This document shows positions 1-15,017 of a DNA stretch of 64,000 bases, piece after piece. Where the stretch lies: positions 62,237 to 126,236 of the forward strand of contig JAQGDQ010000492.1 of the NCBI GenBank assembly GCA_030141605.1, in the 5' to 3' direction. Position numbers and translations under genes: made by a program. The notes beneath the pieces were generated by a model. The model was not told where the DNA came from. It searched no databases and was given only the letters and a program-made list of their open reading frames with translations. Numbering within the stretch: the stretch's first letter is position 1; each line of letters starts with the position of its first letter. The DNA is from Tubiluchus corallicola. Taxonomy: Eukaryota > Animalia > Priapulida.

Positions 1-814
1 GATATGTTCGAATAAAATGGATGAAATGATCTATGAAATTACATAACTTGATCTACTTACTTATTTGTTATGTTACCTAGTTGCAACTCATTCATATTTA
101 ACAATAAAATTATATTTTGGTGACTGCCACTGACGCTGTAATGTATATTTCGTCATGTATAACAAGATTTTTCTATATCATCGTCATCCGTAGAATATGT
201 GAAAGCAATTTTTACAACTCTGTAAGTTCAGCAAACACTTTTATAAGAGATGAATTGTGAATTTGGTTAATTGGCAATTATAATATTTTATACAAGATTT
301 TGGTAATGATAATTTTGGTCAATTTTAATTCAACAACAATAATAATACTCATTTTAATCTGCAGAATTTTGTTAACTATAATTTCGTCAGATTACATCAG
401 TTTGTTTGTGATGAACTGATTTCTTTTGAAAATATAAATCTTGTGATAAATTCGTGAACCAACAAACAAGCTTTGAAAAAACAACAACAGAAGGTGAATG
501 AAAACACAATGAGTAAGTAAATAAGTAAAAAAACTTATAAATTAATAAAGTATCGATGAAGAAATTAAGGAAAATAAACAGCGTATCATTGAATAACGGC
601 TCAAGTAAATGTTTTACTGATGGTGACTGGTTGAAGAAAATACTGGAAATATCGAACTAATAGGCAGACAAGCAAATAAATAAACAAAGAGTGAAACAGA
701 CAGACAGATTTGATTTGAATCTTTATTTCAAACCTTGTTCATTTAAAAAAAATTGTAACACAGCATACACAACACGTATTACAAAAAAGAAAACAAATCA
801 ATAAAGCCTCGTTC

Positions 815-985
815 ATATAAAAATGACAGACAGACAGATGGACAAACCAACAAACAAACAGACAGTCAGACAGACACACAGACAGACAGACAGACAGACA
901 AGACATACAGACAGGTAGACAGATAGAAAGACATATAGACAAACAGACAGGCAGATAAACAAACAGACAGACAGACAAACAAAAA
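815..985. repeat. Degenerate (GACA/CAAA)n tetranucleotide microsatellite
   Basis: Runs of gacagacagaca and caaacaaa; this explains the spurious C/L/S/V-rich minus-strand ORFs. Confidence 0.9.
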
Positions 986-1104
986 CAAGCAAACTTGCGA
1001 ATGAAAGCAAAACGGGCAGCGAACAAAAAAACGACAAAATTGGAAAATTTTTGTAAAAAACACTTTTTTGAAAACTCAATACACCCATTCATATATTCCA
1101 AATG

Positions 1105-1325
1105 AGGGTAGTGATCTCCACTAATGTAATCTGATAAACAGCGATTGTACTCCTGTTCATATATCTCATGAGGAATTTAAATATTGTTACCCCTTGGTGT
1201 CAGTAAACCTTATTAATGTAGCTTTGTACCGAGCCACCATTGCGAAAAAAATCACTAATAAATACCATAATTTCCTAAAAATTAAAAGCCCCTGTAAAGT
1301 GTAGGCAGTTATAGCTCATTCACAG
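1105..1325 (+). promoter_or_regulatory. Putative core promoter of LRR-mucin gene A
   Basis: Non-coding blocks align by eye with 8341-8570, upstream of paralogue B. A TATA-like ATTAAAAG at 1281 is followed by an Inr-like TCATT at 1316. Confidence 0.5.
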
Positions 1326-1470
1326 GACTGTTATCAGAGTAACAGTGCAGTTCAAACTTGAACTTGAATGTGCATAATATTGATCTAATTTATTACTTTA
1401 TTTCAAATATAAGTATTCTGTTAAACGAAGAGTGATACTAATCATTACAGTTGTGAGAGATTCACATACG

Positions 1471-2173
1471 ATGAGTAAGGTGTTAAGATTCGCAAGTTTA
1501 AATCTATGTCTATGGCTCACTATGGTCTGCACAGCTCAAAAAGACATCTACCCTCCAAAGCTACTGTGCACACATCTGACAAGGACCTGCGACGCAGCAA
1601 TCCAACGGTATCGCTGCATTATTGACTGTCCTCTTAGTCGTGACGAGTTTGTCAGTGGCGGCGTCTGTGGTCCATTTCTGACCACTTGTGAGTACAGGGA
1701 TTTCGATCGATGTACCATCATCTGTGGTGGGTCAGGCCGCAGACTCTACGCCGGGGATTTATATGAGATAGAGGAGTCTCTTCCAGAGTTCGTCAACCGA
1801 CTCATTATCGAGAACTACGCAGAGCAACTTCTACCACCAACTTTTCTCAAAGACAAATTTCTTCAGGAGTTGGTCATCATGTTTTCTGACATTGTGGAAC
1901 TTGCTGAAGCTTTCGTATTTGGCGAAAGCCACAGGGTGTCAATATTGTCCAATCAGCTTCTGGCAAGGGTACATCCTAGGGCGTTTTCCAGGATGACCGA
2001 GCTGACCCGCATCACGTTTACTGATAATCCCAAATTGGAGCTAGTCAACTTGGACTTGAGAAACAACGAGGAGATTCAAATCATGGAGTTTAACAAAGGC
2101 AACATTGAACATATGAAAATACCCATACTGCCGGTTAGGGTCCTACCTCAGGATGTATTCCTATCCATACTGG
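1471..2173 (+). CDS. LRR-mucin gene A exon 1: signal peptide, Cys-rich N-cap and LRRs
   Basis: MSKVLRFASLNLCLWLTMVCTA is signal-like, followed by a Cys-rich cap and the VHPRAFSRMTELTRITFTDNPKL repeat. Phase-1 donor CTG G|gtaatt after 2173. Confidence 0.85.
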
Positions 2174-2349
2174 GTAATTATTGCACTTCTGTACCTTATA
2201 ACTTCTGTAGCAGTATGACTTTTGTATGACCAGGCGAACTGTCCAGCGTTACTGGGAATAGTTTTTTCCCATTTGGGAATCTATAAGTTTTGGGAATGTG
2301 TTATTTGTTTGTTTACAAACTGAACAAACAACCGAAAATTTCATACGTG

Positions 2350-2630
2350 CGTAATTTCAATAACTTCAAAATATATAAAATCCACTGTAGATTGAATCCT
2401 TGGAAATTTTCTTTTTGTAACCGAATCGTAGACATTTGGAACTGTTCACCTTATGACACAATTAATGCCTCCAACGTTAAAGTTTTTGCATTATTGTTAG
2501 GAAAAACTTGATGCACCATTGCAATTTGATCATAACTTTTAACAGATGACCACTTGTAAGTGCACGGTGGCGACTCCTCTTTCTCTCGTAGTTAATACTG
2601 CATTGGAAAGAATCAAATTAATCAATCAAG
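2350..2630 (+). mobile_element. CR1/L2-like LINE 3' remnant in the gene A intron
   Basis: Translation CRLNPWKFSFCNRIVDIWNCSPYDTINASNVKVF resembles the CR1 ORF2 C-terminal motif (FFS.RVV..WN.LP..VV.A.S...FK). It is followed by an aatc-repeat tail. Confidence 0.65.
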
Positions 2631-2802
2631 GGTGATGAACTTTTATGTCCACTATCAACGATAAAACGCAGTAGGCTAATATTTAAGTGTCTTATATGCA
2701 TCGGAATAATCAATGTAGAGATTTAATGTATGCCTGCAAATTTCTCACTAATAATGTAAACTAGCAAAAATGTGTGCCTGTAATAAATATTAAAAATCAA
2801 AA

Positions 2803-2930
2803 TGATGAGGATGATGATGTCGACGACGACGATGACGACGACGACGACGACGACGACAATGATAATAATGATGATAATGATGATTACGAGAACAACAACG
2901 ACGACGACGATGATGCTGATGATGAACTGA
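2803..2930. repeat. (GAT/GAC)n trinucleotide microsatellite
   Basis: Direct inspection. Confidence 0.9.
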
Positions 2931-3257
2931 TGTAACCATGAATTATTGCATGTGATATAATTGGTTCTGGGTTATGATTCGTAGAATGTTTTTAGGCATT
3001 GCTAATTTTTCTCAAATTTTTGCTTACTTGCCACGTGTGAAACTCGATCTTGTTGCTAATCAGCCAAGGATTCTGGACTAATAAAATGATACTATTTAAA
3101 ACCTTTAATAAGTTTTCTGCAATTTGTCATTCAAAAATCTCTCACTTGAAGGATGGCTGCAGAACTTGGGATATAGCAGCAATAAAAATTACAACCAAAC
3201 AAAATTAAATATAATGTGCGATACTGTGTTTCATTACTAATATTTAATTTCTTGCAG

Positions 3258-6200
3258 AAAATCCACTTATCTGTGACTGCTCTATGATCTGGACGAAAGC
3301 CCTCGAATGGAGAGAATCCAGAATCGATTGCAAAGATCCACCAAGAAAGTGGTTGGAAAACGAAGTTACACTCAAAGATTTTGAATGTGTTCAGCAAATC
3401 GTAAGACCTTTACAAATTGTAGAAGAGCCTGGAATACGCTTAGAAAGAAACTTGGAAATACTGCAAGCACCTAGTGGATTAGTGCCACCGCTCCAGGAAG
3501 CAACGACAGTGTCCACAACCGAAGAAACAATAGCACATTTAACAGGGGAAACAACAAACCTTTTTCAGGACAGAACAACAATAACATTAACACAAAGTGA
3601 AGCAACATCAACGCCATCATTGGATGAAGTATCATCATTACCGTCAACACCAGAAGAAACAGTGAACATTTTTGAGATCCAACCATCCAACCATACAACA
3701 ATCCAACCATCAGATGAAACACCAACAGCAATGTCAGGTGAAGAAACAAGACCAACACTTGAACGAAGAACCCCAGAGTCAGAAGAAACAAGACCAACAC
3801 TTGAACGAGAAACCCCAGAGTCAGAAGAAACAACACCAACACTTGAACGAGAAACCCCAGAGTCAGAAGAAACAACACCAACACTTGAACGAGGAACCCC
3901 AGAGTCAGAAGAAGCAACACCAACACTTGAACGAGGAACCCCGGAGTCAGAAGAAACAACACCAACACTTGAACGAGAAACCCCAGAGTCAGAAGAAACA
4001 ACACCAACACTTGAACGAGAAACCCCAGAGTCAGAAGAAACAACACCAACACTTGAACGAGAAACCCCAGAGTCAGAAGAAACAACACCAACACTTGAAC
4101 GAGAAACCCCAGAGTCAGAAGAAACAACACCAACACTTGAACGAGGAACCCCAGAGTCAGAAGAAACAACCATTCTAGTGACTGGTGAATTAACAAACTT
4201 GGTCATCCAAGAGACAACAGCAGAAGCTGCAACAACAACATCAGACGGCACTGTACCTTCATCAACAGAAGAAACGATATCTACATCGAAAGAATTCATG
4301 CTGAGATCTACCAAGGGAGAAAAAACAACACAGTTCTTGGACGAGTCGACTCACTCAGTTTCAATACCATCAGAGGAGACAGCAACGCTGGTACCAGATA
4401 GAATAGCAACACAGTTATTTGACGAAACAGCGACAGTGACTGAAACTGACACAACAACAGAACTGGCGTTGTCTGATGGAACAACAGACACTTTCAAAGG
4501 AGAAACAAAAGTACAGAAGGCCGAGGAGATAATGACCATGCCAACACAGAATGAAAGACTGACATCAACATCAGCCAAAGCAACAACATTAGCAGGAGGA
4601 TTCAAAGAGGCTACAACTTCGTCACTTACTCTAACATCACCACCAGACTTACAGAATGCGACAACAGAAGAAACAATGATATCAACTACACAACAAACAA
4701 TAAGCAAAACTATGGGCGCTGGAACAGAACAAATACCACAAGAAACATCAGAAGAAGGAGCAGTATTGACATCAGTTCTATCAACAGCTGAACTATTTAT
4801 AGAAACTACAGCAACAGCACCAGCCGAAATTACGCAAGAATTACCGGAAGTGTCTCAAACGATGCTGCCACCAAAGGAAGCAACAGCAACACAAAGAGTA
4901 TATGAAACAGTAACAATGCCAACAGTAACTTCCACAGCAGATAGTCTTGAGGTAACAAGAGCAGTGGGTGTTACAATATTTGGACTAGCAGATGAAACAA
5001 TGCTGATACTAAAAGAGACTGCAGCACCAACATTACAGGACAGAACAATAAATGTAGATGAAGGAACAATGATGCAAACAGCTACACCAATGCAAAACAC
5101 AACAGCACCACCTTTACTGACACAAACAACAGCAGCAACACCAACATTGGAACAAACAACAATAATAGCATTTCAGGAGGCAGTTACAGCTACAGTACAC
5201 ACAGAAACAACTACAAATTTAACAAACGAATCAATAATGCCAATCCTGGCAAAAACCACTGGAGCTAATAAATCAACAATGACACCAGCATTTGAAACGA
5301 TAATGCCACTATCAATATTAGATGACATAACATCAACTACTCATCCACAGACAACAACTGAAATGACTGAAGAATTTACAAGAACAATAAAATCGTCTGA
5401 AGAAATAACAACTCAAACACCAGCTGCTCCAACTACAAGAAAGCAAATGCTGCAAGAGGCAACAACATCTGGATTATCTACAGTAGTGGAACAATCTGAA
5501 ATATCACTTCGTACAAAATCTGTAAGAACAACAACAGCTGATGGTTTAATAGCAACACAAACTTTTGACAATTTATTAGACCCACCAAATGAAACAAGTC
5601 CTTTACCTAGTGAGACAAAGTCACCAGATGAGACAAGTCCTTTACCTAGTGAGACAAAGTCACCAGATGAGACAAGTCATTTACCTAGTGAGACAAAGTC
5701 ACCAGATGAAACAAGTCCTTTACCTAGTGAGACAAAGTCACCAGATGAGACAAGTCCTTTACCTAGTGAGACAAAGTCACCAGATGAGACAAGTCCTTTA
5801 CCTAGTGAGACAAAGTCACCAGATGAAACAAGTCCTTTACCTAGTGAGACAAAGTCACCAGATGAGACAAGTCCTTTACCTAGTGAGACAAAGTCACCAG
5901 ATGAGACAAGTCCTTTACCTAGTGAGACAAAGTCACCAGATGAGACAAGACCTCTACTTAACAAAACAATCTCAAGTGATAAAACAGAGCCTATGCTGGA
6001 GGACATTCTATCACACCCCGAGAGAAACAATGATGATGGTGCCATTCCCAGTCAAATAGTAAATGTTAATGCTAATAACAACGATAGTGGAACAGTGAGT
6101 AAAAGCAGTGATAATGAACCAGTGCAAATCAATGTGAGTAAAAGTAGTGATGATGAACCGGCGCAAATCAGCGTGGTTAGAAGTAGCGATGATGAACCTG

Positions 6201-6754
6201 GGCAAATCAGAGTGAGCAAAAGTAGTGATGATGAACCAGAGCAAATCAGTGTGAGCAAAAGTAGTGATGATGAACCAGAGCAAATCAGTGTGAGCAAAAG
6301 TAGTGATGATGAACCAGAGCAAATCAGTGTGAGCAAAAGTGATCAAAAATCGACAGGTAGCAAAAGCAATGGAAAGGAAGCCAAAAATAAAGGCGGCAAA
6401 AGCAAAAAAGCCAAAGGCAGGAAAAAGAGCAAGAAGGCCACCGCTGGAAAAAGAACCTACCATTCCAGACAATCTGGAGACAGTCAGAGAACAAGGGCTA
6501 TTTTGGACATTGTCAGTCAAATACATGAACAAGACCGGACAAAGAATAAGGCTACCCGACAAACTTATATAATAAAAATACCTAAAAGCTTTACAGGCAA
6601 GCGTAAATACACTAAAGTAATACAACGTAAACAACTTCGTAATGCCAGTCGTTTCAAAGCGGGCAAATCTAAAAAATTCACTTCTCATGGTAGAAGGATA
6701 TCGTTTCGTCGGATCGCCAGAAACCCTTACGGCAGAAGACAACTTTTTGTTTAA
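3258..6754 (+). CDS. LRR-mucin gene A exon 2: LRR C-cap, Thr/Glu/Pro mucin stalk with tandem repeats, Lys/Arg-rich tail (spliced product about 1399 aa)
   Basis: Acceptor ttcttgcag|AA gives E-NPLICDCSMIW in frame with exon 1. Repeats include TPTLERETPESEET, SPDETSPLPSETK and SKSSDDEPEQISV. Stop TAA ends at 6754. Confidence 0.88.
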
Positions 6755-7722
6755 AAGTCATGATTAATATGGCGACTCAGCACGACAAAAATTATGGAAA
6801 TAGTGAAAGGAACAATTTTAATGTTTCTTTTGCTGTTCGTCATCTAACGAATGTAGCTAACACGGTTAGAAAGTTTTCTCTTTATAGCAATGTAAGTTTT
6901 TTTCTCATAAGTACATGGTCTGTCAACAGGCTAGTTGATAACTTTGGGAAAGAAATGAAATTCCTGATAGTTTCTCGAAATTTTTTGTTTGATCGTTACC
7001 AACTATATGCTACCTTGCTAACGACATAAGCTAGAATGTCATTTTTAGACAGATACTTCTGTGTTAATTAGCAATTATTTTAGAGTAAGAGCGGGTAAGA
7101 GTACTCACCTAAGAATTGTCATAACAATAAAATGGAACATTGATATCATGTCTCAGTTTCCAATATTTTTGTCGAAAGGAAATATTTATAATACAGGTGA
7201 TGCTCGAAGGAAAAAACTCGACTGCAATAAACTGTTTTGGTATTAAGAAGACTTAAAAAAATATGTTCACTTTGGGAATATTTATAGTAAATTACAATAC
7301 CATCATTTTCGAATATTTTTGGTTTACTATTTTATTTTTTTCTGTGCACCATTCTGTATCTAACAACATCAAGTTCCAATTTGCTCACTATTTGTTTAAA
7401 TTGAATTGTTATAGTTTTCATGTAGATACAAAAACAAATTATAAAAATTAATGTTACTTACTATATACCATGTGAAAGAATAGTTGATAAAAGTTATTGC
7501 CTAGTAAATATTGAACCACAAAGATATTTGAAGGTGGCTTTGTTTCAACTTCAGTATTAATGCAAATGAACCGTGCACTATCAAGCGAATGAATGAAATA
7601 AATACATACATAGATGTGTGAGCGAATGGATTAGAATAACTTGCACAATGCGTATAAACATATCAATATACGAATAAAAAATGAAAGTGCAACTAACAAA
7701 CAGACATGCAGATACACAGAGA

Positions 7723-8176
<454 letters not shown>

Positions 8177-8340
8177 TAAGTAAAAGCAATCAAATAAACC
8201 AAAAAACTGGAAAAACAAACAAATAATTAAAGTGTAAACGAATTAAGTAACGTAAACAACAATTGGGGATAAAAACATACAGACAGATAACGAATTTCGT
8301 CTTTTTAAAGATGGAAACTTTCACTTTTTAGAAGTCTTTT

Positions 8341-8570
8341 AGAAGGGCAGTGATCTACGGTGTTATCTGGTGAATAGCCCTTACGCTCCCTTTCACAATC
8401 TTGACCACAAACAAACGTTTAAACTCAATCAATGTGTCGCTACCCCCAGCGTCAGCAAACCATGCTAATATTTGCTTTATGCAAAACCAGCATGCCGAAA
8501 AAATGCACTTAACACTTCAACTTTGAACAATTTAAAAGCTCAGAGAAGTAGAAATTAAGAGTTCATTCAA
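8341..8570 (+). promoter_or_regulatory. Putative core promoter of LRR-mucin gene B
   Basis: Homologous to 1105-1325. TTTAAAAG at 8531 is followed by TCATT at 8563. Confidence 0.5.
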
Positions 8571-8740
8571 GAAAACGGTGAAAGTCCTTTGTCAGACGTT
8601 CAGTGCTGTCGAAACTTTAGTGCCTGATACACGAGAAAAGAATAATCTGAGCAGAATAGAGAATAGGCTTTTCCTGTTCTCTACAAGATCCTGTTCACAC
8701 TGGTAAAACTGTTCTAAAAATAGGTGTACCTACTTACGTA

Positions 8741-9419
8741 ATGGGGGAAGTGTTCACACATGTTTGCTCAACATTTTTTTTACTGTTATCTGTGATCTGT
8801 ACAATTCAAGGACAAAAATGTCGTCTCCTGCCTTTCTGTGATCAGGCCGCAATTCTATATCGATGCATCATTGACTGTCCTTTGTACGCAGAACATGTAG
8901 TCCAAGGAAGCATCTGTGGTCCATTCTTGACAACCTGTGAGTACGAGTACTTTTATCAGTGCTCCATCATCTGCGGCCAAAATCGAAGACTCTATAGTGG
9001 GGACTTGGCCGAAATAGCTGAATCTCTTCCTGGACTCACCAACCGACTGATTGTCGAGAATTATGCAGAGCCACTTCTGCCCGCAAATTTCCTCTATGGA
9101 AAGTTCATCCACGAGTTGGTCATCGTGTTTTCCAAAATCGTAGAACTCGGTGAAGGTTCCATACAAGGTAACGTCGGCCGCGTGTCAATACTGTCTAATG
9201 AGCAGCTGAGAAGAGTCCACCCCAGGGCATTTTCCAGGATGACGGAACTGAGAAGGATAACGTTTACAGACAATCCTTCCTTGCAGAGTGCCGATTTGGA
9301 TTTGAGGAACAATCAAAAAGTACAGATCATTGAGTTTCATAAAGGGGACATTGATAATATGAAGGTGCCTATCCTGCCATCACAGCTGCGACCACAAGAC
9401 TTGTTCATTGCCCTACTAG
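8741..9419 (+). CDS. LRR-mucin gene B exon 1: signal peptide, Cys-rich N-cap and LRRs
   Basis: Clear paralogue of gene A exon 1 (YRCIIDCPL, CGPFLTTCEY, VHPRAFSRMTEL). Phase-1 donor CTA G|gtaagt. Confidence 0.88.
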
Positions 9420-9819
9420 GTAAGTCACCATTTCAGTGCTTTTTTAGGTAAATAATTGAAAAAAACAAGAAATCGAAAATACAACAAGTTACATACAACT
9501 TAGGCAAACAAAGCTTAATGTTACTGTGCTTATACGTAGGCCTACTGTTGATTGTTTTTATTATTGTTGTTGTTGCTTTTAATGGCACTGTTCCTATTGC
9601 TAATGTTGTTGTTGTTGTGACTGCTCCTACCAATGCATTTATTGCTCACGTTGGTGGTAATCATTGCAACGGTTGTTTGTATTTGCTACTACGCTTTTGT
9701 AGTTCTTTCTGTCACAGTAAATTAAAAATTTAATGCTAAAGCTGCAGAATATACAAGGCCAAAAGTTCACATAGAGGGAATGGATACAGGGTGTTCTGTT
9801 CAGCAACAAACGTGCATAG

Positions 9820-10246
9820 TATAGGGTGGCGCAGAAAAACTGTACCGAAACTGAGGCTACAATAATATTACAATAACGTAACAATAATATTTGAAATTTC
9901 ACTGTGTGATATTACAGTGTATTGGTGTTTTGCCGTGAAAACGTTTACACTTTTAGCGGTTTTTAGATTAGAGCTGAAAAAGATGCACGCTAAAACTTGA
10001 AAACGAATAATGACACTTAAACATCGATTGAAAACCGTCACATTGACGTATAAAGCACACAGTACAGGGCTTTATTTCTTTCGACTTGTTTGCTGATCTA
10101 AAACTCCTGTATCTTTGGCCAAAACTAAAGAGATAACTTGAAATTTTCTGTGCTTTTAAACAAACGTCTGTGACATCAGTGTGATAATTTTCAGGTGATT
10201 TCGTTGCTCATGACGAAAACTTCAGCAATTTTTGGACCACCTTTAT
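9820..10246. mobile_element. Degenerate Tc1/mariner-type MITE candidate
   Basis: Imperfect terminal inverted repeats tatagggtggcgcagaaaa ... tttttggaccacctttata, flanked by TA. Confidence 0.4.
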
Positions 10247-11021
10247 ATATATATATATATATTGCGCGCCCGTCTCTTCTCAGTCAGAAAGATTTTTAAT
10301 ATGGTATATTTTATGGGTGTGTCTTGAATGTAAATTTTACGTGTTTTGTACACACTTCGACACGCTGCAAGTCAGAATCATGCACTCAGTGACAGACCCT
10401 AGTCAACGGTGACGTTTATGGCAATACTGGTACCTAGCTCATGTCAAAGACAGTGTTTGTGTTAAGTGTTAACATGTGCAGTGTTAACATAAACTTACAC
10501 CAAAAAACATTAACACCAACAAAAGTGACCCAACTATCTTAATGGGTCTGTCTCTGTTCAAGATTAAAAACCAGATTCTTATTCCACATACATCCACGCA
10601 CTCACCACGACATTCCCTAACCAAGGGGTTTGATGCTAATCTTTGAATCCTTTCTCAGCTTCATCTGCATACGCCTGCCTTGAGGGATGTTCAGAGTATC
10701 ACTGAGTTTCTAATAGGTAAAGAATCTAGAGTGGTCTTCTCACTTTTAGTGAGGCGCGAATGCTAGGCAACGCGCTGATAACGTTTTTCTAAATTTCTGT
10801 AGGCTATGCGTCTATGCCGTGAATTTTTTCCTACCTATATTTATGCTGTGAATTTTTCCTGTGCATCCACTATGCAAACCATGTTTGAATTATTACAATA
10901 AGCAAAAAATTTGAATGTGAAAGGACAAGATTCACGGGAATGTGACTAATTTTGTGCGTTTAAATTGGCTACCACTTTATTTAGAGTTATAAAAACTAAA
11001 ACTGAAATTATTTGTTTGCAG

Positions 11022-14000
11022 ACAATCCACTTATATGCGACTGTTCGATGGTATGGACAAAAGCCCTCAAGTGGAAAGAATCCAGAATCGACTGCGACGA
11101 TCCACCAAAAAAGTGGCTGGAGAACGAAATTACACTCAATGATTTTGGATGCGGGCAGCCAGAGGTTAGAGCATTGGAGGTGATACAGGAGCCTGAATTA
11201 AACTCAGCTAAAAACGGACAATCACTGCAAGCATCTGATGATTTAGCATTTGGATTAGATGAAGCAACAACAGTATTCACAACTGAAATAACAACAGGAT
11301 CAACGTCAGAAGGAACGACTGATACTTTTGACGAGACATCTACAGCAGTATTCACAACTGAAATAACAACAGGATCAACGTCAGAAGGAACGACTGATGC
11401 TTTTGACGAGACATCAACTGTACAATCAACTGAAGATAAAACAACAATAGCATCAACACCAAAAGAAGAAACAATCACACTAGAAATAGGCGAAGAAACA
11501 GCAACTTCCGTAATTGATGAATCAACTTCAATCGATAAGTCAACAACACAACCACCTGAGGTAACAATTACAACAACTGCGAATGAAAAAACAACTGGTC
11601 GAGTAGTAGAACAGACAAATCAACCAGTATTACAACAAGCAACAACAGAAGAGCCAATACCAACCATAGACGAAAACATTTTGTCATCACAAGATGAAGT
11701 GCTAACATCCACTGCTCAAGAAACAACGACACGAGCATTTTTAGAAAGAACATCAACATCAGATGAAGAAATTTTATTGTCCACTGCACAAGAAACAACA
11801 ACACAATCATTTGAAGGCTCGAGTGAGATGATGCTACAAGAAATAACAGTATCGGATGAAAGAACAACTCTGACAGTCGACGAAACAATGAAAGCTCAAT
11901 TACTCGAAGAAGTAACAACAATGATAGATAAACAAAATACAGCAAATTCGTCTCCAGAAGAATCAAATATAGTACCATCTGCAGAAACAACCACAACAAT
12001 AGCAGAACAAGAAACCACAACTCCAGTAGTTGAAGAAACAACTACTATACCATCAGTAGAAACAGCCACATCTCCAGCAACTGAAGAATCAACTACAGAA
12101 CCATCAGCAGAAGCAACCACAACAATAGCAGAACGAGAAACCACAACTCCAGTAGTTGAAGAATCAACTACATTACCATCAGTAGAAACAGCCACAACAA
12201 TACCAGAACGAGAAACCACAACTCAAGCTGTTGAAGAATCAAGTATAGTACCATCAGCAGAAACAACCACAACAATAGCAGAACAAGAAACCACAACTCC
12301 AGTAGTTGAAGAATCAACTACATTACCATCAGTAGAAACAGCCACAACAATAGCAGAACGAGAAACCACAACTCAAGCTGTTGAAGAATCAAGTATAGTA
12401 CCATCAGCAGAAACAACCACAACAATAGCAGAACAAGAAACCACAACTCCAGTAGTTGAAGAATCAGCTACTATACCATCAGTAGAAACAGCCACAACTC
12501 CAGCAACTGAAGAATCAACTACAGTACCATCAGCAGAAACAACTACAACAATAGCAGAACAAGAAACCACAACTCCAGTAGTTGAAGAAACAACTACTAT
12601 ACCATCAGTAGAAACCGCCACAACAATACCAGAACGAGAAACCACAACTCAAGCTGTTGAAGAATCAAGTATAGTACCATCTGCAGAAACAATCACAACA
12701 ATAACAGAACAAGAAACTACAACTCCAGTAGTTGAAGAAACAACCACTATACCATCAGTAGAAACAGCCGCAACTCCAGCAACTGAAGAATCAACTACAG
12801 TACCATCAGCAGAAACAACCACAACAATAGCAGAACGAGAAACCACTACTCCAGTACTTGAAGAAACAATTACTATACCATCAGTAGAAACAGCCACAAC
12901 AATACCAGAACGAGAAACCACAACTCAAGCTGTTGAAGAATCAAGTATAGTACCATCTGCAGAAACAATTACAACAATAACAGAACAAGAAACCACAACT
13001 CCAGTAGTTGAAGAAACAACTACTATACCATCAGTAGAAACAGCCACATCTCCAGCAACTGAAGAATCAACTACAGTACCATCAGCAGAAACAACCACAA
13101 CAATAGCAGAACGAGAAACCACTACTCCAGTAGTTGAAGAAACAACTACTATACCATCAGTAGAAACAGCCACATCTCCAGCAACTGAAGAATCAACTAC
13201 AGAACCATCAGCAAAAGCAACCACAACAATAGCTGAAAGAACAACAGCACCAATATTGCAAAAAACAATATCAGCAACAGATGAGTCTAAAACAACACAA
13301 CTGCCTGAAGAAAAAACAACACTGGAAACAACTCCAACAGGTGGTGAATCAATAACAATGCAACCTAATGAAGAAATAATAACACCAACATTACAAGAAA
13401 CAACTGCAACAACTAAACAGCCATCTGAAGAGGCAGGAAGTGAAGAAATTACAAGACCAACGTTAGCGGAAACACTGACACCAAGATTGCAGGGAACTAC
13501 CTCAACAGCTGGTGGACTGACAACACCAAGACCAGAAACAGAAAGGATTTCCGATGACACAACACCACTGCCAGGCGAAACAACATCACCTGATGACACA
13601 CCATTACCAGGTGAAACAACATCGCCAGACGACACAACACCATTACAAAGTGAAACAAGACCTACACTACAGATTGCAACAACAACGCCAGCATTGCAGG
13701 AAGCAGCAATACCATCAGGCAACGAAAATGATAATGTCGACCGTGCTGGCCAAGAGAGAAGTGAAGATGGTAGTGAAATTGTTGCTGAACCTAATATAGT
13801 CAACGTCATGAGCACTAGTGACGACCAACCAGTGCAAATAAGTGTGGATAAAAGTAGCCTCGATGAACCAGGACAAGTCAGCGTAAGCAAGACTAGCACA
13901 AAGGTTAAACAAAGCAAAAGTGGAAAGAAAGGTAAAAAGAAGAGTGGTAAGGGCAAACAAAACAAGAAAGGACAAACGAGTAAGAGTAAAAAGAGCGGCA

Positions 14001-14380
14001 TCGTGAAAAAGAAATACTATTCTAAAAAATTCCCTGGCAACAAAGCCAGAGAGATTTTGGACGTAATCGACAGAATATATAATTATTCAGACCGCAGAAA
14101 GAACAAAGCCACTCGTACTTATGTAGTCAGAAAACCAGCTCAGACAAAGAATAAAGTTATTCGACGCATTAAGAGGTTAAAAAAGCCTAAACGTTACTTA
14201 GGTCCTCGAAGATTCCGTCCAACCACTCAGCGCAAACAGTTTGGAAGCGCACGTCGTCCTAAAGCATTTAGACCAAAAACCAATTCGAGGATTCATCGTG
14301 GTACAAAATTCGCAAATCGCAAAGTCTACAGACAACCTTCTGTACAAAGAAAATTCATTGCCATTCGACCTTTAATCTAA
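11022..14380 (+). CDS. LRR-mucin gene B exon 2: LRR C-cap, Thr/Glu-rich stalk, Lys/Arg-rich tail (spliced product about 1345 aa)
   Basis: Acceptor tgtttgcag|AC gives D-NPLICDCSMVW. The ORF is uninterrupted to TAA at 14380, and AATAAA lies at 14527. Confidence 0.88.
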
Positions 14381-14894
14381 TGTTATTGCTCAACACCGGA
14401 AAAATGTCGAAAATGCAATGGACATTCAAGGTAGTAAAACAGTTAATAGGTTTGCAATGTTGTAACCAGCGCACATCTATTACAAAATGTAAAAATATCA
14501 GCTATGGGAAATCAAAGCTTGTTTAAAATAAATTACAGTGAGTACGAAGCTACTGAGGTTTTTTTTGAAAAATACTGATAATGCGCAATGACAGTCTTTA
14601 AAAATAATGTAGTTTTAATTAACTAGTGATTGGTACTACATAAGCTACTGAGAAATAATACAATACGTAGTTATCTCCAGTAAAAATCATGGGCCGAATT
14701 TCAGAAAATGCATGTACTACCACGCTGGTAAGAACGGTAGCCGACAAGAAAAATACAAGACACGCAAAAAAACTATTTTATCATTTTCAAAAGGACCACA
14801 CAGTGAGTATTTGATTGAAATTTAGAAATAGAAAAAAATCACAAAAGGAGTGTCTGTTTTTGCTTTTCCCGACTTTCTTGATTTTCTTAATTCT

Positions 14895-15017
14895 GTTTAC
14901 AGGAAACATAATGCAATGCATGTCTTTGTGCTCGTTTTACAGGAAACATAATGCAATGCATGTCTTTGTGCTCGTTTTACAGGAAACATAATGCAATGCA
15001 TGTCTTTGTGCTCGTTT
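14895..15017. repeat. 40-bp tandem repeat, 3 copies
   Basis: Unit aggaaacataatgcaatgcatgtctttgtgctcgttttac. Confidence 0.9.
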
